IMG/VR virus record: IMGVR_UViG_3300027920_000904
Length of the DNA: 64,000 nucleotides
Direction: 5' to 3' (one strand)
Source of the DNA: a virus
Under the pieces are notes generated by a model that was not told the DNA's origin, did not search any database, and worked only from the letters and a program-made list of their open reading frames with translations. Below, one piece after another: positions 1 through 9,379 of this stretch (position 1 is its first letter; the number at the start of each line of letters is the position of its first letter). The translations under genes and the position numbers were made by a program.

Positions 1-114
1 GCGAACATCCGCGCCCTCATCCACGAGCACGATCACGGCGTTCGCGAGCTGGCCCAGCGCTTCGGCCTGAGCCCCTCAACGGTGAGCCGGATCGCGCGCG
101 AACGCGACGCCTGA
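1..114 (+). CDS. 3' end of an HTH DNA-binding protein (partial)
   Basis: Frame 1 reads ...GVRELAQRFGLSPSTVSRIARERDA*, a classic HTH pattern. Confidence 0.7.
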   Translation, partial: ANIRALIHEHDHGVRELAQRFGLSPSTVSRIARERDA

Positions 115-572
115 CGCAGTGCGACGTGTTCACGATGATGCCCTTCGGGCATGTAGGTGACGCATTGCGTAAACCCACATGTAGTTAGTGAGGTTCGCTA
201 CAGATGAACAACGCTCTGCGCACAATGTGGGTGACCTTGTGTGTGTGTGTCTGAAACGGGAGTGTGAACGTACATGTGTGCAACACACGTTAGAAACGTA
301 AGGCATCCACACAGAACCGGCACCAAACGTGAGGTTCACGGAAGAAAGAGCTACCTCTCCCCCCATCGAGTGCTCGGGGAGGGGACGAACACGCATTCTC
401 AGGACCCCCCATCCTCAATCTCATATGAGGGTACCCTTTTTCTCTCTCTCCTCTCTCTCTCCGCGCATACCGACCATGTTTGTCCACAGCCTATCCACCG
501 GCTGTTGATCGCGTTTTTCGCCACCCCTGCCCTCGTTCAATCCACAGGCTCTCCCGCGGCAGAAGGATCAAG
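115..572. promoter_or_regulatory. Lower-GC non-coding region, candidate replication origin/control region
   Basis: Longest gap in the window; TTGTCCACA at 480-488 plus degenerate copies (303-311, 491-499, 538-546); many short palindromes; GT and CT tracts; upstream of the primase-helicase operon. Confidence 0.5.
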
Positions 573-1004
573 ATGAACTACCTCGCGTTCCTCAATCAGG
601 TGATCGACCGCGGCATCGCCGCAGCCCGTGTGAGCTACGCCCAGGAGGACGATGGCCGACTCGCCGGCGCGGTGGCTGGGTTCGAGAGCTGCCGCGGCAA
701 GAGCCCCCGCAAGCTCGCGGAGCACCTCATCCGCGCGAACAAGGCCGTGGCCCGCTCGTTCGCGTTCATGCACGCGGAGCCGACGCCGCTGCGCCTGAAG
801 CGCGGCTGGTGGCTGCGCTGCTACCAGGCCGAGGTCGACTGGGTCGCGAACTGCGTCTCTGCGGTGATGCAGAACCAGGGGCTGCCGGTGCTGGCCGGCC
901 ACCACCCCACCGCGCGCGCCATCCTCGCCGCGGCGCAGATCGTCGGCGTCAAGCCCGAGCCGCTCCACGAGGTGACCGTCCAGGCCACGGTCGAGGGGGC
1001 GTGA
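573..1004 (+). CDS. hypothetical protein
   Basis: ATG 573 after AAGGA; GC3-rich codons. Confidence 0.75.
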   Translation: MNYLAFLNQVIDRGIAAARVSYAQEDDGRLAGAVAGFESCRGKSPRKLAEHLIRANKAVARSFAFMHAEPTPLRLKRGWWLRCYQAEVDWVANCVSAVMQNQGLPVLAGHHPTARAILAAAQIVGVKPEPLHEVTVQATVEGA

Positions 1005-1006
1005 CC

Positions 1007-1486
1007 ATGGCGACCCTCCTCGCGTTCATCCGTGTCCTGTGGCGACACCCCTACAACGGTGGGCTCTACGGGATCTCGTACGAGATGAGGCCCGGGCAGT
1101 CGCCCACCGACATCTGGCGTGGCCCGGCCAAGCGCGTGCAGGCGTGGAGCCCTGCGTTGGGCACCCACGACGCTTGGGTGGGTGAGGTCATCCCCCACGA
1201 CTGGATCACGCTCGACGAGCAGCGGGAGGCGATCAAGGCGTGGCTGGACGCGCTCGAGCTGCGCGACCCCGGCGTCGTGCCGACCAACCCGTACGAGTGG
1301 TCGATGATCGAGCTGGTGGCGGATCGCAAGTGCCACCGCACCGCCTGCACGAACCTGGTGGGTGAGCAGCCCGGCGTCCACCGCGACACGAAGGATCTCT
1401 ACTGCCTGCCGTGCGCACGGCGGATCAACGAGGCCAACAAGGAGAACCTGATCCTGTGGAAGCCCACGGGTCCGTCGTCGACATGA
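1007..1486 (+). CDS. hypothetical protein with C-terminal Cys/His finger
   Basis: CHRTAC...H...YCLPC; coupled to neighbours. Confidence 0.7.
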   Translation: MATLLAFIRVLWRHPYNGGLYGISYEMRPGQSPTDIWRGPAKRVQAWSPALGTHDAWVGEVIPHDWITLDEQREAIKAWLDALELRDPGVVPTNPYEWSMIELVADRKCHRTACTNLVGEQPGVHRDTKDLYCLPCARRINEANKENLILWKPTGPSST

Positions 1487-1731
1487 CCGAGCAGCCCGTC
1501 ATCCCGCTCGAGCGCTACACGCGCTGCCCCCACTGCCAGGAGGAGACCGTGCCCTGTGAAGACTGCGAAGAGGGCCACCTGGTCTACCGTCCCGGGGATG
1601 TCGCGCCGTGTCCATCGTGCGGGGGCCGCGGCCAGGTCTGCCCCGACCTGTCCGGGATCGTCTGGGGGGAATCGTTCAACCGCGGGTGTGGGAAGTGGCG
1701 CGAGCAGGTCGCTCGGGAACTCGAGGCGTAG
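1483..1731 (+). CDS. Zn-ribbon protein (DnaJ-like CxxCxGxG)
   Basis: CPHC, CEDC, CPSCGGRG; ATGA overlap. Confidence 0.7.
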   Translation: MTEQPVIPLERYTRCPHCQEETVPCEDCEEGHLVYRPGDVAPCPSCGGRGQVCPDLSGIVWGESFNRGCGKWREQVARELEA

Positions 1732-1734
1732 CCG

Positions 1735-4700
1735 ATGAGCTACTGGAAGGACTACACGTACGTCGACGCCCAGACCGAGCACCCGGTCACCAAGGTCAAG
1801 CTGCCGTGGGTGCGCATGCGGGTCGGCGACGTCCAGCGCCGCATCGTCGCGAAGGCCTCGGGCTCGAACGCGTTCGCCACGGTGCAGCGGTTCAAGGACG
1901 CCACCTCGTTGCTCGAGATGCAGCGCGAGCGCGACAAGGCGGCCGAGGCGCTGGCGAAGAAGCTGAAGATCGACAAGAAGGAGGCCGCGCGCCAGCTGGC
2001 GGAGGAGGAGGCCGATCACCTCCCCGACCACCAGTCGCACTACCACGGCCTCTACTTCGACTTCGACGCGGACCCGGAGAAGAAGAAGGGGCCGGCCTAC
2101 GGCGTCTCGATCGAGGAGGCGCAGGCGATGTCGCTCGCCGACGCGCGCGCGCTCGTCGAGTGGTTCACGCGGTCGTTCCCCGACATCAACCACACGCACA
2201 TCCAGGCCTGGTACTCGGGCAGCAAGGGGTTCCACGTCGTCGTCCGGCCCGAGCCGTTCGGCATCAAGCCCCACATCCACCTGAGCTACATCGTCAAGGC
2301 GATCGCCTGCGAGCTCGCCGACACGCTCTCGCTCAAGACCCTCGACCGCTCGGTCTACTCGATCCCGCGGATGTGGCGCATCCCGAACACGGTCCACCCC
2401 AAGACCGGGCGCTACAAGATCGAGCTCTCGGTCAAGGAGCTCACGACCTGGACGCCGGCGCAGATCATCGACAAGGCGCGGGGGCCGCGGGGCCAGAGCG
2501 ACGACGCGCTGCCCGACAGCCACATCCACGAGCTCGGCGACTACAAGGACATCCCGCCGGACCCGGTGGCCGTGGCCTGGTACGCCGATCACTACCAGGC
2601 GTACGACGCGTACCGCGACCTGAAGAAGCTCCTGCCACGCAAGGCCATCGTCCGCCCCGACGAGAACGACGAGTACCCGGTCTGCGTCCAGGACATCCTC
2701 AAGAACGGCCCCAAGGAGGGCGGGCCCAACCGCAACCGCGTGGTGCTGCCGCTCGCCGGCTTCTTCCACGACGCCGGCGTCGACAAGCGCGACGCCATCA
2801 AGCAGATCGACGACTGGACGCGGCTCCACTACCCGATCGACAAGAACACCAACGAGCGGATCTCGAACGGGCGCTCGGTCGTCGACTCGGCGTACCGGGG
2901 GCAGGTGAAGTTCAGCTGCCGGTTCATCCGGTCGCTGTCGGGCACCGGGGAGAACGGGCGCGTCGCGTGCGTGACCGAGGCGAAGTGCCCCTGGATCCAC
3001 CACCCGACCGACCAGGAGCCGGCGCAGATCCCCGAGATCCACCTCAGCGAGGCGAGCAAGGGCTGCTACGTCAACACCAAGGTGAAGACCGCGGTGCACG
3101 TCGCGGCGATCGCCAAGAGCCCGTTCGAGCTGCCGGTCAAGGGGCGCATCAACTGCAACCCGAGCCCGGACGCGGCGATCTGTGAGAAGTGCCCGAACAA
3201 CTTCGACGGGGCCAAGGGCAAGCTCGAGTTCACGCTCGACGCCGAGGACCGCCACGTCCTCGACATGATCGACGTCGGGGACTCGAACCGGAAGGGGACG
3301 ATCAAGGCGAAGGCGGGCATCCCGAAGGACTGCCACAAGCACTGGGTGGAGGTCCTCGAGAGCAGCAACGTGGAGGAGCTGCAGGTCATCCCGATGGTCG
3401 ACTACGCGCACGCCTACGAAGTGGCGATGAACGACGACGACGACCTCGGGAAGAAGAGCGCCAAGCACGTCGTGCGGCGCGCGTTCTACGTCGGGCACGG
3501 CATCGAGGCGAACAAGAAGTACATGATCGAGTCGACGGTCTTCGGGCACCCGAAGGACCAGCGGATCTGCTTCCTGTTCGACAAGGCCGACCCGGCGCAG
3601 AACGACATCGACCAGTTCCACATGACGGCCGAGCTCAAGGAGAAGCTCCGCCTGTTCCAGCCCCGGGCGGGCCAGACCGTCTCCGACAAGCTGCTCGAGA
3701 TCCACCGCGACCTCACCTCGAACGTCCACCAGATCGGCGGCCGCTTCGACCTGAGCATCGCGGTCGACCTCTGCTACCACTCGGTGATCGGGTTCAAGTT
3801 CGCCGGGCAGCCCATCCACAAGGGCTGGTTCGAGCTGCTCGTCATGGGGGACACGGGCACGGGCAAGACGACGCTCATCGAGCGGCTGATGCGGCACTAC
3901 GGCCTGGGCGAGCTCATCGCCGGCGAGGACTCGAAGCGCACGGGCCTGGTCTACGCCTCGATCCAGATGCAGGGGCAGTGGATCCTGCGCTGGGGCAAGA
4001 TCCCGCAGAACGATCGGCGCCTGCTGATCATCGACGAGTTCGCGGGCATCCCGGGGGAGGAGGTCGGGAAGATGACGCAGCTGCGTAGCTCGGGCCGGGC
4101 GGTGGGCGGCGGCGTCAACGCCGACTACGAGACCTGGGCGCGGACGCGGCTCATCCTCATCACCAACCCGCGCAACAACCGCGGGCAGATGGCGGGGTTC
4201 AACTACGGCATCCAGGCCGTCGAGGACCTGTTCGATGAGGCCCAGGACCTGCGCCGCGTCGACCTGGCGATCATCGCCGAGAAGGAGGAGGTGAAGACCG
4301 AGCTGATCAACAAGCGGTGGGACCGGAGCGACCTGCCCCACGTCTACACGGCGGACCTGTGCCGCTCGCTGGTGCTGTGGGCGTGGAGCCGCGAACCGCA
4401 CCAGGTCGAGTGGATGCCGGGCAGCGAGGACTGCCTGCTCCGGTGGGCGGACCGGCTCGGCGACACGTACGAGTGCGACATCCCGCTGGCGGAGCGCGCG
4501 GACCTGCGCCTCAAGCTGGCGCGCATCTCGGCCGCGGTGGCGGCGCGCCTGTTCTCGACGGACGCCGAGGCGAAGAAGGTGCTGATCACCACCGACCACG
4601 TCGACTTCGCCGCGACGTTCATGGACCGGAGCTACCGCAAGAAGTCGATGGCGTACTTCGAGTACGCGCGCAAGTACAAGCAGGACAACCACTACAGCGA

Positions 4701-5100
4701 GGAGAAGAAGGCGCTCGTCAAGCGGACGATGATGTCGTTCGGCGACGAGAGCGAGACGATCATCGCGACGATGCTCGACGTCGACCTGCTGTCCAAGCCG
4801 ATGTTCGCGGACATGGTGAACCTCGACCAGGACGACCTCAGGAAGCTGTGGAAGTTCCTGGTCGGCGAGCGCCTGCTGCGGAAGACGACGAAGGGCTACC
4901 GGAAGACCTCGGCGTTCACCAAGTTCCTCAAGAGCCTGGGCGGCGGCAAGAGCGGCTACTCGGGCGAGCTGCCCGACGACTTCGAGACCGGCGGCGACTT
5001 CGAGGCGCACAAGGGCAAGCCGGCGGCGGACGCGTTCTTCGACGACGACGCGCCGCCGACCGAGGCACCCACCTACAGCGGCGAGGACCCGCCTTTCTGA
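1735..5100 (+). CDS. AEP primase - 4-Cys C-terminal primase domain - MCM-type helicase fusion
   Basis: AEP motifs LYFDFD, YSGSKGFHV, LDRSVY..RMWRIPNT; PVC..RN..FSC..C..CP domain; Walker A GDTGTGKT, Walker B LIIDEF, MCM-like SKRTGL, LRRVDL (Arg finger) and LRLKLARIS (sensor II). Confidence 0.88.
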   Translation: MSYWKDYTYVDAQTEHPVTKVKLPWVRMRVGDVQRRIVAKASGSNAFATVQRFKDATSLLEMQRERDKAAEALAKKLKIDKKEAARQLAEEEADHLPDHQSHYHGLYFDFDADPEKKKGPAYGVSIEEAQAMSLADARALVEWFTRSFPDINHTHIQAWYSGSKGFHVVVRPEPFGIKPHIHLSYIVKAIACELADTLSLKTLDRSVYSIPRMWRIPNTVHPKTGRYKIELSVKELTTWTPAQIIDKARGPRGQSDDALPDSHIHELGDYKDIPPDPVAVAWYADHYQAYDAYRDLKKLLPRKAIVRPDENDEYPVCVQDILKNGPKEGGPNRNRVVLPLAGFFHDAGVDKRDAIKQIDDWTRLHYPIDKNTNERISNGRSVVDSAYRGQVKFSCRFIRSLSGTGENGRVACVTEAKCPWIHHPTDQEPAQIPEIHLSEASKGCYVNTKVKTAVHVAAIAKSPFELPVKGRINCNPSPDAAICEKCPNNFDGAKGKLEFTLDAEDRHVLDMIDVGDSNRKGTIKAKAGIPKDCHKHWVEVLESSNVEELQVIPMVDYAHAYEVAMNDDDDLGKKSAKHVVRRAFYVGHGIEANKKYMIESTVFGHPKDQRICFLFDKADPAQNDIDQFHMTAELKEKLRLFQPRAGQTVSDKLLEIHRDLTSNVHQIGGRFDLSIAVDLCYHSVIGFKFAGQPIHKGWFELLVMGDTGTGKTTLIERLMRHYGLGELIAGEDSKRTGLVYASIQMQGQWILRWGKIPQNDRRLLIIDEFAGIPGEEVGKMTQLRSSGRAVGGGVNADYETWARTRLILITNPRNNRGQMAGFNYGIQAVEDLFDEAQDLRRVDLAIIAEKEEVKTELINKRWDRSDLPHVYTADLCRSLVLWAWSREPHQVEWMPGSEDCLLRWADRLGDTYECDIPLAERADLRLKLARISAAVAARLFSTDAEAKKVLITTDHVDFAATFMDRSYRKKSMAYFEYARKYKQDNHYSEEKKALVKRTMMSFGDESETIIATMLDVDLLSKPMFADMVNLDQDDLRKLWKFLVGERLLRKTTKGYRKTSAFTKFLKSLGGGKSGYSGELPDDFETGGDFEAHKGKPAADAFFDDDAPPTEAPTYSGEDPPF

Positions 5101-5104
5101 TCCG

Positions 5105-5290
5105 ATGTTCCACAACCAGAAGCCCCCCGACATCGAAGGCATGGCGTTCCTGCTCGCCGTCGTCGCGCCGTTGATGCTCGGGATGAGCATGGCGGCGAGC
5201 GGCGCGCCGCCGGTGAGCTGCGTCCTGTCGACCTGGCTCACCACCCACCTCCTGATGGTCATCCTGGCGATCAGCACCCGGAAGAAGTGA
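5105..5290 (+). CDS. small membrane protein
   Basis: Two hydrophobic stretches, basic C-terminus. Confidence 0.55.
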   Translation: MFHNQKPPDIEGMAFLLAVVAPLMLGMSMAASGAPPVSCVLSTWLTTHLLMVILAISTRKK

Positions 5291-5294
5291 TTCG

Positions 5295-5573
5295 ATGGAC
5301 ATCAACTTCAAGCACTGCGACGACTACATCGACGACGAGACCCAGCCGGCGTGCCTGCGCGCGTTCCTCGCGCGGGCGCGCCAGCCGGCGCACGGGCACC
5401 TGTCGCCCGAGCCGTTCCCCACCCTGTTCGCCGACTACCAGGGCGTGCGCTACCGGGTGGTGATGGCCTCCCGGCTGGGCGACGTCGGCATCACCACCAA
5501 GCTCGACAAGGACCACGGCTACGAGACGCGGTGCGCGGTCGAGGACCTGTCGAACTTCTCGGAGCGCCCATGA
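5295..5573 (+). CDS. hypothetical protein
   Basis: Codon bias; tiles with neighbours. Confidence 0.7.
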   Translation: MDINFKHCDDYIDDETQPACLRAFLARARQPAHGHLSPEPFPTLFADYQGVRYRVVMASRLGDVGITTKLDKDHGYETRCAVEDLSNFSERP

Positions 5574-5935
5574 GCAACGACGACCCCAAGCTCGACCCGG
5601 AGACCCAGGCCAAGCTCGACCAGATGTTCATGAAGGTGATCGAGCCGTACCTACCCACGCTGCAGGAGGAGCTGCGCGAGCATGCGCGGCTCCGGGCGGC
5701 CGCGGCGCTCGGCGCGACCGGCCAGCACCCGGACGGCAAGATGACGGAGGCCGATCAGGGCGAGCTGAAGCTCGCGGTGTCGACGATGGAGGGCAAGGTG
5801 ATCATGGACTTCGGGACGCCGGTGGCGTGGGTCGGCATGCAACCGGAGCAGGCCCGGGCGATGGCCAAGGCGCTGGTGGCCAAGGCGGAGGAGGCCGAGA
5901 AGGAGGCGTTCCAGGAGACGATGACCGATGGCTAG
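5570..5935 (+). CDS. hypothetical protein
   Basis: ATGA overlap, GGAG SD. Confidence 0.7.
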   Translation: MSNDDPKLDPETQAKLDQMFMKVIEPYLPTLQEELREHARLRAAAALGATGQHPDGKMTEADQGELKLAVSTMEGKVIMDFGTPVAWVGMQPEQARAMAKALVAKAEEAEKEAFQETMTDG

Positions 5936-6137
5936 GTTCGACGTGCACATGGAGAGCACGGCGATGGTGCGTGGCAACATCGTCGTCGAGGCGTCCTCGA
6001 TGGAGGAGGCCGAGAAGATCGCCAAGGCCGAGGCGTTGATCGGAGCCAACACCCTCTGGGTGGCCGTCGGAAGGGTGGGGGAGATCACAGCGCCGGTCAT
6101 CTACAACTACGACACCGGCCAGAGGGTGCGGCCATGA
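5928..6137 (+). CDS. hypothetical protein
   Basis: 8-nt overlap, GGAG SD. Confidence 0.65.
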   Translation: MARFDVHMESTAMVRGNIVVEASSMEEAEKIAKAEALIGANTLWVAVGRVGEITAPVIYNYDTGQRVRP

Positions 6138-6490
6138 GGTTCAACGTCCGCTACGTCCACAAGATCAGCCAGACCTGCACGTGCAAGCACACCCAGTACG
6201 GTCACGCGGCCGACCTGGGCGACGGCACGCTCAAGTGGGGGCAGGGCAAGTGCCGGTCCTCGGCGACGTGCACGTGCGAGGCGTACGTGCCCGAGAGCGA
6301 GGACATGGACATCGACGTCGCCGGCGACGAGCTGGGCGACGAGAAGGCGTTCGTGCAGCGCCTGGCCGAGGCGCGGGTGCTGTCGGCCAACACCAAGCTG
6401 CTCGAGCTGCGGCGGGAGGCGGACGGCAAGATCGTCGTGTTCCCGGCCAAGAGCATCTGGCACTCGATCATCCTGACGCCGATCGCGTAG
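6134..6490 (+). CDS. hypothetical Cys/His protein
   Basis: CTCKH...H...C...CTC; ATGA overlap. Confidence 0.7.
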   Translation: MRFNVRYVHKISQTCTCKHTQYGHAADLGDGTLKWGQGKCRSSATCTCEAYVPESEDMDIDVAGDELGDEKAFVQRLAEARVLSANTKLLELRREADGKIVVFPAKSIWHSIILTPIA

Positions 6491-6499
6491 GAGAGGTTC

Positions 6500-6763
6500 A
6501 TGACGAAGAAGAAGGTGTCGGCGGTGCGGCCGTCGGCGCGCAAGACGGTGCCGCGTGCGCGGCGAGAGTTCCTGGACTTCGTGCGCACGGAGCAGACGTT
6601 CGAGGAAGCGCGCCTCATGCTCGAGCGCGTCGGCAAGCAGCTCGCGCACTCGCCGATGAAGCCCTGGGCGGAGCGCCTGCTGGGGCAGGTGGCGGCGTTC
6701 AAGAAGGGCATGCGCGACGAGGAGGGCCGCCTCGAGGCGCTGGCCCAGAAGGCGAAGACCTGA
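6500..6763 (+). CDS. hypothetical protein
   Basis: GGAGAGG SD. Confidence 0.7.
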   Translation: MTKKKVSAVRPSARKTVPRARREFLDFVRTEQTFEEARLMLERVGKQLAHSPMKPWAERLLGQVAAFKKGMRDEEGRLEALAQKAKT

Positions 6764-6975
6764 TGGCCAAGGGACCGGTCGACACGGTGACGCTCACCAA
6801 GGTGAACGGGCGCGCGAAGGCGCGCATCGCGCTCGCCTACACGAGGAAGGACGGGTACAGCACGTCGATGAAGACGTCGGCGAAGCAGGAGCCGACCGAC
6901 GACATGATCGAGATGGCCAGCCAGCTGGCCGAGTACCTCACTACCGGCAAGCGGCCCAAGGGATGGAGCGGGTGA
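6763..6975 (+). CDS. hypothetical protein
   Basis: TGATG coupling. Confidence 0.65.
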   Translation: MAKGPVDTVTLTKVNGRAKARIALAYTRKDGYSTSMKTSAKQEPTDDMIEMASQLAEYLTTGKRPKGWSG

Positions 6976-7277
6976 TGCGTTCGCCCGCCTCGTACGCCAC
7001 CGAAGACGCGCTCGTCGCACAGGCGCGCTACTACGCCGCCCGCGCCCGCCACAGGCGGGTCGGCCGCCAGCGCCCGAGCAAGGAGGCCCGGGCTGACGTG
7101 GAGAGCCACCGCCAGGCCAGCCAGATGGCCTTCGGGGCGGTCGCGCGCCTCGGGGGCATGCCCGTCAAGGGCACGCGCGACCAGCTCGCAGCCGCGGAGG
7201 TCGCCCGGCTGCGGATCAAGAACGACCTCCGCCACAAGCGGTGCCAGTGCGGCTGCGGCAGGCGGCTGGTGTCATGA
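6975..7277 (+). CDS. hypothetical basic protein
   Basis: TGATG coupling; ends CQCGCG. Confidence 0.6.
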   Translation: MRSPASYATEDALVAQARYYAARARHRRVGRQRPSKEARADVESHRQASQMAFGAVARLGGMPVKGTRDQLAAAEVARLRIKNDLRHKRCQCGCGRRLVS

Positions 7278-7615
7278 CACGATCGGAGATCCAGATGAAG
7301 CAGTTCAAGCTCACCAAGACCGACGACAGCGAGGACGTGATGGGGCCGATCGGCGAGGACAACGTCTACATCGCGAGCTACGGCGCGCCGGTCAACAAGG
7401 ACGACAAGCACCCCAAGGACCTCAAGGTGGGCGAGAGCGTCTTGCGCCGCTACTCGCTGTCGGGGCAGACCGGCGTCTACAAGGTGGTGCGCCTCGAGGA
7501 CGTGCCGCGCCGGGTGCAGGTCCTCTGCGGGTGTGGCTGGGGAAACCTGGCGATGCTCGAGAGCGAGGTGCCGACGAACTGCCCGATGTGTGGGCAGGGT
7601 CTGGGGAAGGTGTGA
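7274..7615 (+). CDS. hypothetical protein with C-terminal Zn ribbon
   Basis: CGCG...CPMCG. Confidence 0.65.
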   Translation: MTRSEIQMKQFKLTKTDDSEDVMGPIGEDNVYIASYGAPVNKDDKHPKDLKVGESVLRRYSLSGQTGVYKVVRLEDVPRRVQVLCGCGWGNLAMLESEVPTNCPMCGQGLGKV

Positions 7616-7857
7616 AGAAGCAGATCAACTGGAAGCGGCGCCTGCGCTGGCTACAGCTGCTGACCGGCGTCCATGCGATCCACCACGACCGCTACAGCTA
7701 TGGCTACAAGCTGCCGTTCCTCGACTGGGCGTACTTCCCGCCGTTCGGCGTGAAGAACGACCGCTTCGATCCGCCCAAGCCCGAGATGCGGCGCTACGGC
7801 TGGCAGCGCGTGAAGCCGTCCACCTACCATGACTGTACCAAGACCGGGAGGTACTGA
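7612..7857 (+). CDS. hypothetical protein
   Basis: GTGA overlap. Confidence 0.6.
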   Translation: MKKQINWKRRLRWLQLLTGVHAIHHDRYSYGYKLPFLDWAYFPPFGVKNDRFDPPKPEMRRYGWQRVKPSTYHDCTKTGRY

Positions 7858-8213
7858 TGCGCGTCAAGTTCCACGGGTCAAGCGACGACAACGTCTGCTT
7901 CTCGATCATCGACTCCAAGGGCAAGGTGACCCACGGCGAGTGGGACTGCTACCAGAGTGACGACGACAAGGAGGTGCACCTGGTCGCGCGGGTGACCACG
8001 ATCGGCGGATCGAGGGGCTGCCTGGTACGGGCGATCTACGACGGCTGCTGGTCGTTCGCGGTCGGCATGCTCGAAGAAGGCATTGGACTCGACGGCACCT
8101 GGACGTTCAAGCTTGGCCAGGAGCATGCGTACTCGACGTGGCTCGAGATCGACACGGGCGATGAGCTCGTTGAGGTCGGGCGGGGGGAGTGGAACCGTAA
8201 GGACGAAGATTGA
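7857..8213 (+). CDS. hypothetical protein
   Basis: GGAGG SD, TGATG coupling. Confidence 0.7.
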   Translation: MRVKFHGSSDDNVCFSIIDSKGKVTHGEWDCYQSDDDKEVHLVARVTTIGGSRGCLVRAIYDGCWSFAVGMLEEGIGLDGTWTFKLGQEHAYSTWLEIDTGDELVEVGRGEWNRKDED

Positions 8214-8305
8214 TGCAAGGCATCTGCAAACTCCGCATCGCCGGCGGCAACGGCAAGGGATTCGTTTGAATCCGCGAAGTTAACAGACGGAGAATTTAAC
8301 GAGCC

Positions 8306-8542
8306 ATGAAACTCTGTATCCACGTAAGACCGCGAGATGACGGGCAAGGCTGGGCGATCGACGTCTACGACGGGCGTCGCGCTTGGACCAAAACCCACCT
8401 CGGAGAGAGCCCTCTGAGCAAGGCCGAGGCCCACAGGGTGGCTCACAAACTCCGCGACCCGAAATTTTACACCGCGCGAACGAAGCGCGCGGTTAACAGC
8501 CTGACCGTCGAGCGCGGGCCGAAGGTGGTGCCGCATGAGTAG
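8306..8542 (+). CDS. hypothetical protein
   Basis: ATG after AT-richer spacer. Confidence 0.55.
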   Translation: MKLCIHVRPRDDGQGWAIDVYDGRRAWTKTHLGESPLSKAEAHRVAHKLRDPKFYTARTKRAVNSLTVERGPKVVPHE

Positions 8543-8792
8543 CCACGGACACGACGAGTTGCGCCGGTGGCGAGAGCAAGGACGGGCTCCGGCCGGTAGT
8601 TGCCCGTTTTGCGCATCGCGTATCTCCGTGATCGAGCGCGATGGCGTCTTTGTGGCTCGATGCTCGCACAGGGGATGTGGGGCAAGAGGGCCGAGGCACC
8701 ATGACCTGACTCGTGCATGTGATCTCTTTTGCTGCCCCCCACAGCGAACGGCCGGCGGCATGGGTGGCCCCGATGTCGGAGGTGCGCTGTGA
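8535..8792 (+). CDS. Lar-like (restriction alleviation) Zn-ribbon protein
   Basis: CPFC...V.RC...GCGARGP matches the Lar-family pattern as recalled. Confidence 0.45.
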   Translation: MSSHGHDELRRWREQGRAPAGSCPFCASRISVIERDGVFVARCSHRGCGARGPRHHDLTRACDLFCCPPQRTAGGMGGPDVGGAL

Positions 8793-9379
8793 CCGACGAA
8801 AGTGTCTGCTCGGTCTGCTCGCGCCTCATCGGCTTTGGCGACGAGGAGCGGTTTGAACCGCCCGTGAACCTCGCCCGGTGCCCCGCTCCCGGTGGTATGG
8901 AGTGCCGAGCCGTCGCGCAAGCGGTTGCCCCGCTCCGACGCGAGAACGAGGTCCTGCGTTCCAACAGCGACCACCTCAGCTCCGAGAACGCCTCGCTGTC
9001 CAGCCAGGTCGAGTCGATGGCGATGCGCATCGAGAGTCTTGCCGAGGAGCTGGCCAAGCCCGAGGACGCGAGGCTGCGCGAGGTGCTCGACGCGCTGGAA
9101 GGTCGCGCTGTCATCTTCGACGGCCTGGGTGCGCGCGTTGGGCACGTGCTCGACGAGATGGACGAGTGGATCGGGCGGGCGGGAGAGGCGGAGCGCACCG
9201 TAGATGCTGCGCGCCGCCGCCTGGCATGTGTCGCCGACGACATGACCGAGCACGCATACCAAGAGCTGGCGTCGGCTCTTGAGTCGCCCCCTCGTATCGC
9301 AGGCAAGACCGCAGGCTTTGACCAGCCTGGGCGTGAGTACACGGCGGGTGATGCTCTCGGGCTGAGGAGGGACCGATGA
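8789..9379 (+). CDS. hypothetical coiled-coil protein
   Basis: GGAGG SD, GTGA overlap. Confidence 0.6.
   Translation: MTDESVCSVCSRLIGFGDEERFEPPVNLARCPAPGGMECRAVAQAVAPLRRENEVLRSNSDHLSSENASLSSQVESMAMRIESLAEELAKPEDARLREVLDALEGRAVIFDGLGARVGHVLDEMDEWIGRAGEAERTVDAARRRLACVADDMTEHAYQELASALESPPRIAGKTAGFDQPGREYTAGDALGLRRDR

Noticed and set aside
238..462. (GT)n and (CT)n tracts as phase-variation or eukaryotic microsatellites
   Set aside because: Short, non-coding and not positioned in an identifiable promoter spacer; treated as part of the origin-like region
1735..5100. Intein in the MCM domain
   Set aside because: Walker A to arginine-finger spacing is compact, with no intein-like block or homing-endonuclease motifs
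1399..5277. 1292-aa minus-strand ORF and similar long antisense ORFs (22422-24962, 31651-34239, 51595-54879, 51245-54811)
   Set aside because: Shadow frames of GC3-biased real genes; R/V/L/G-rich with no motifs and fully overlapping well-supported CDSs
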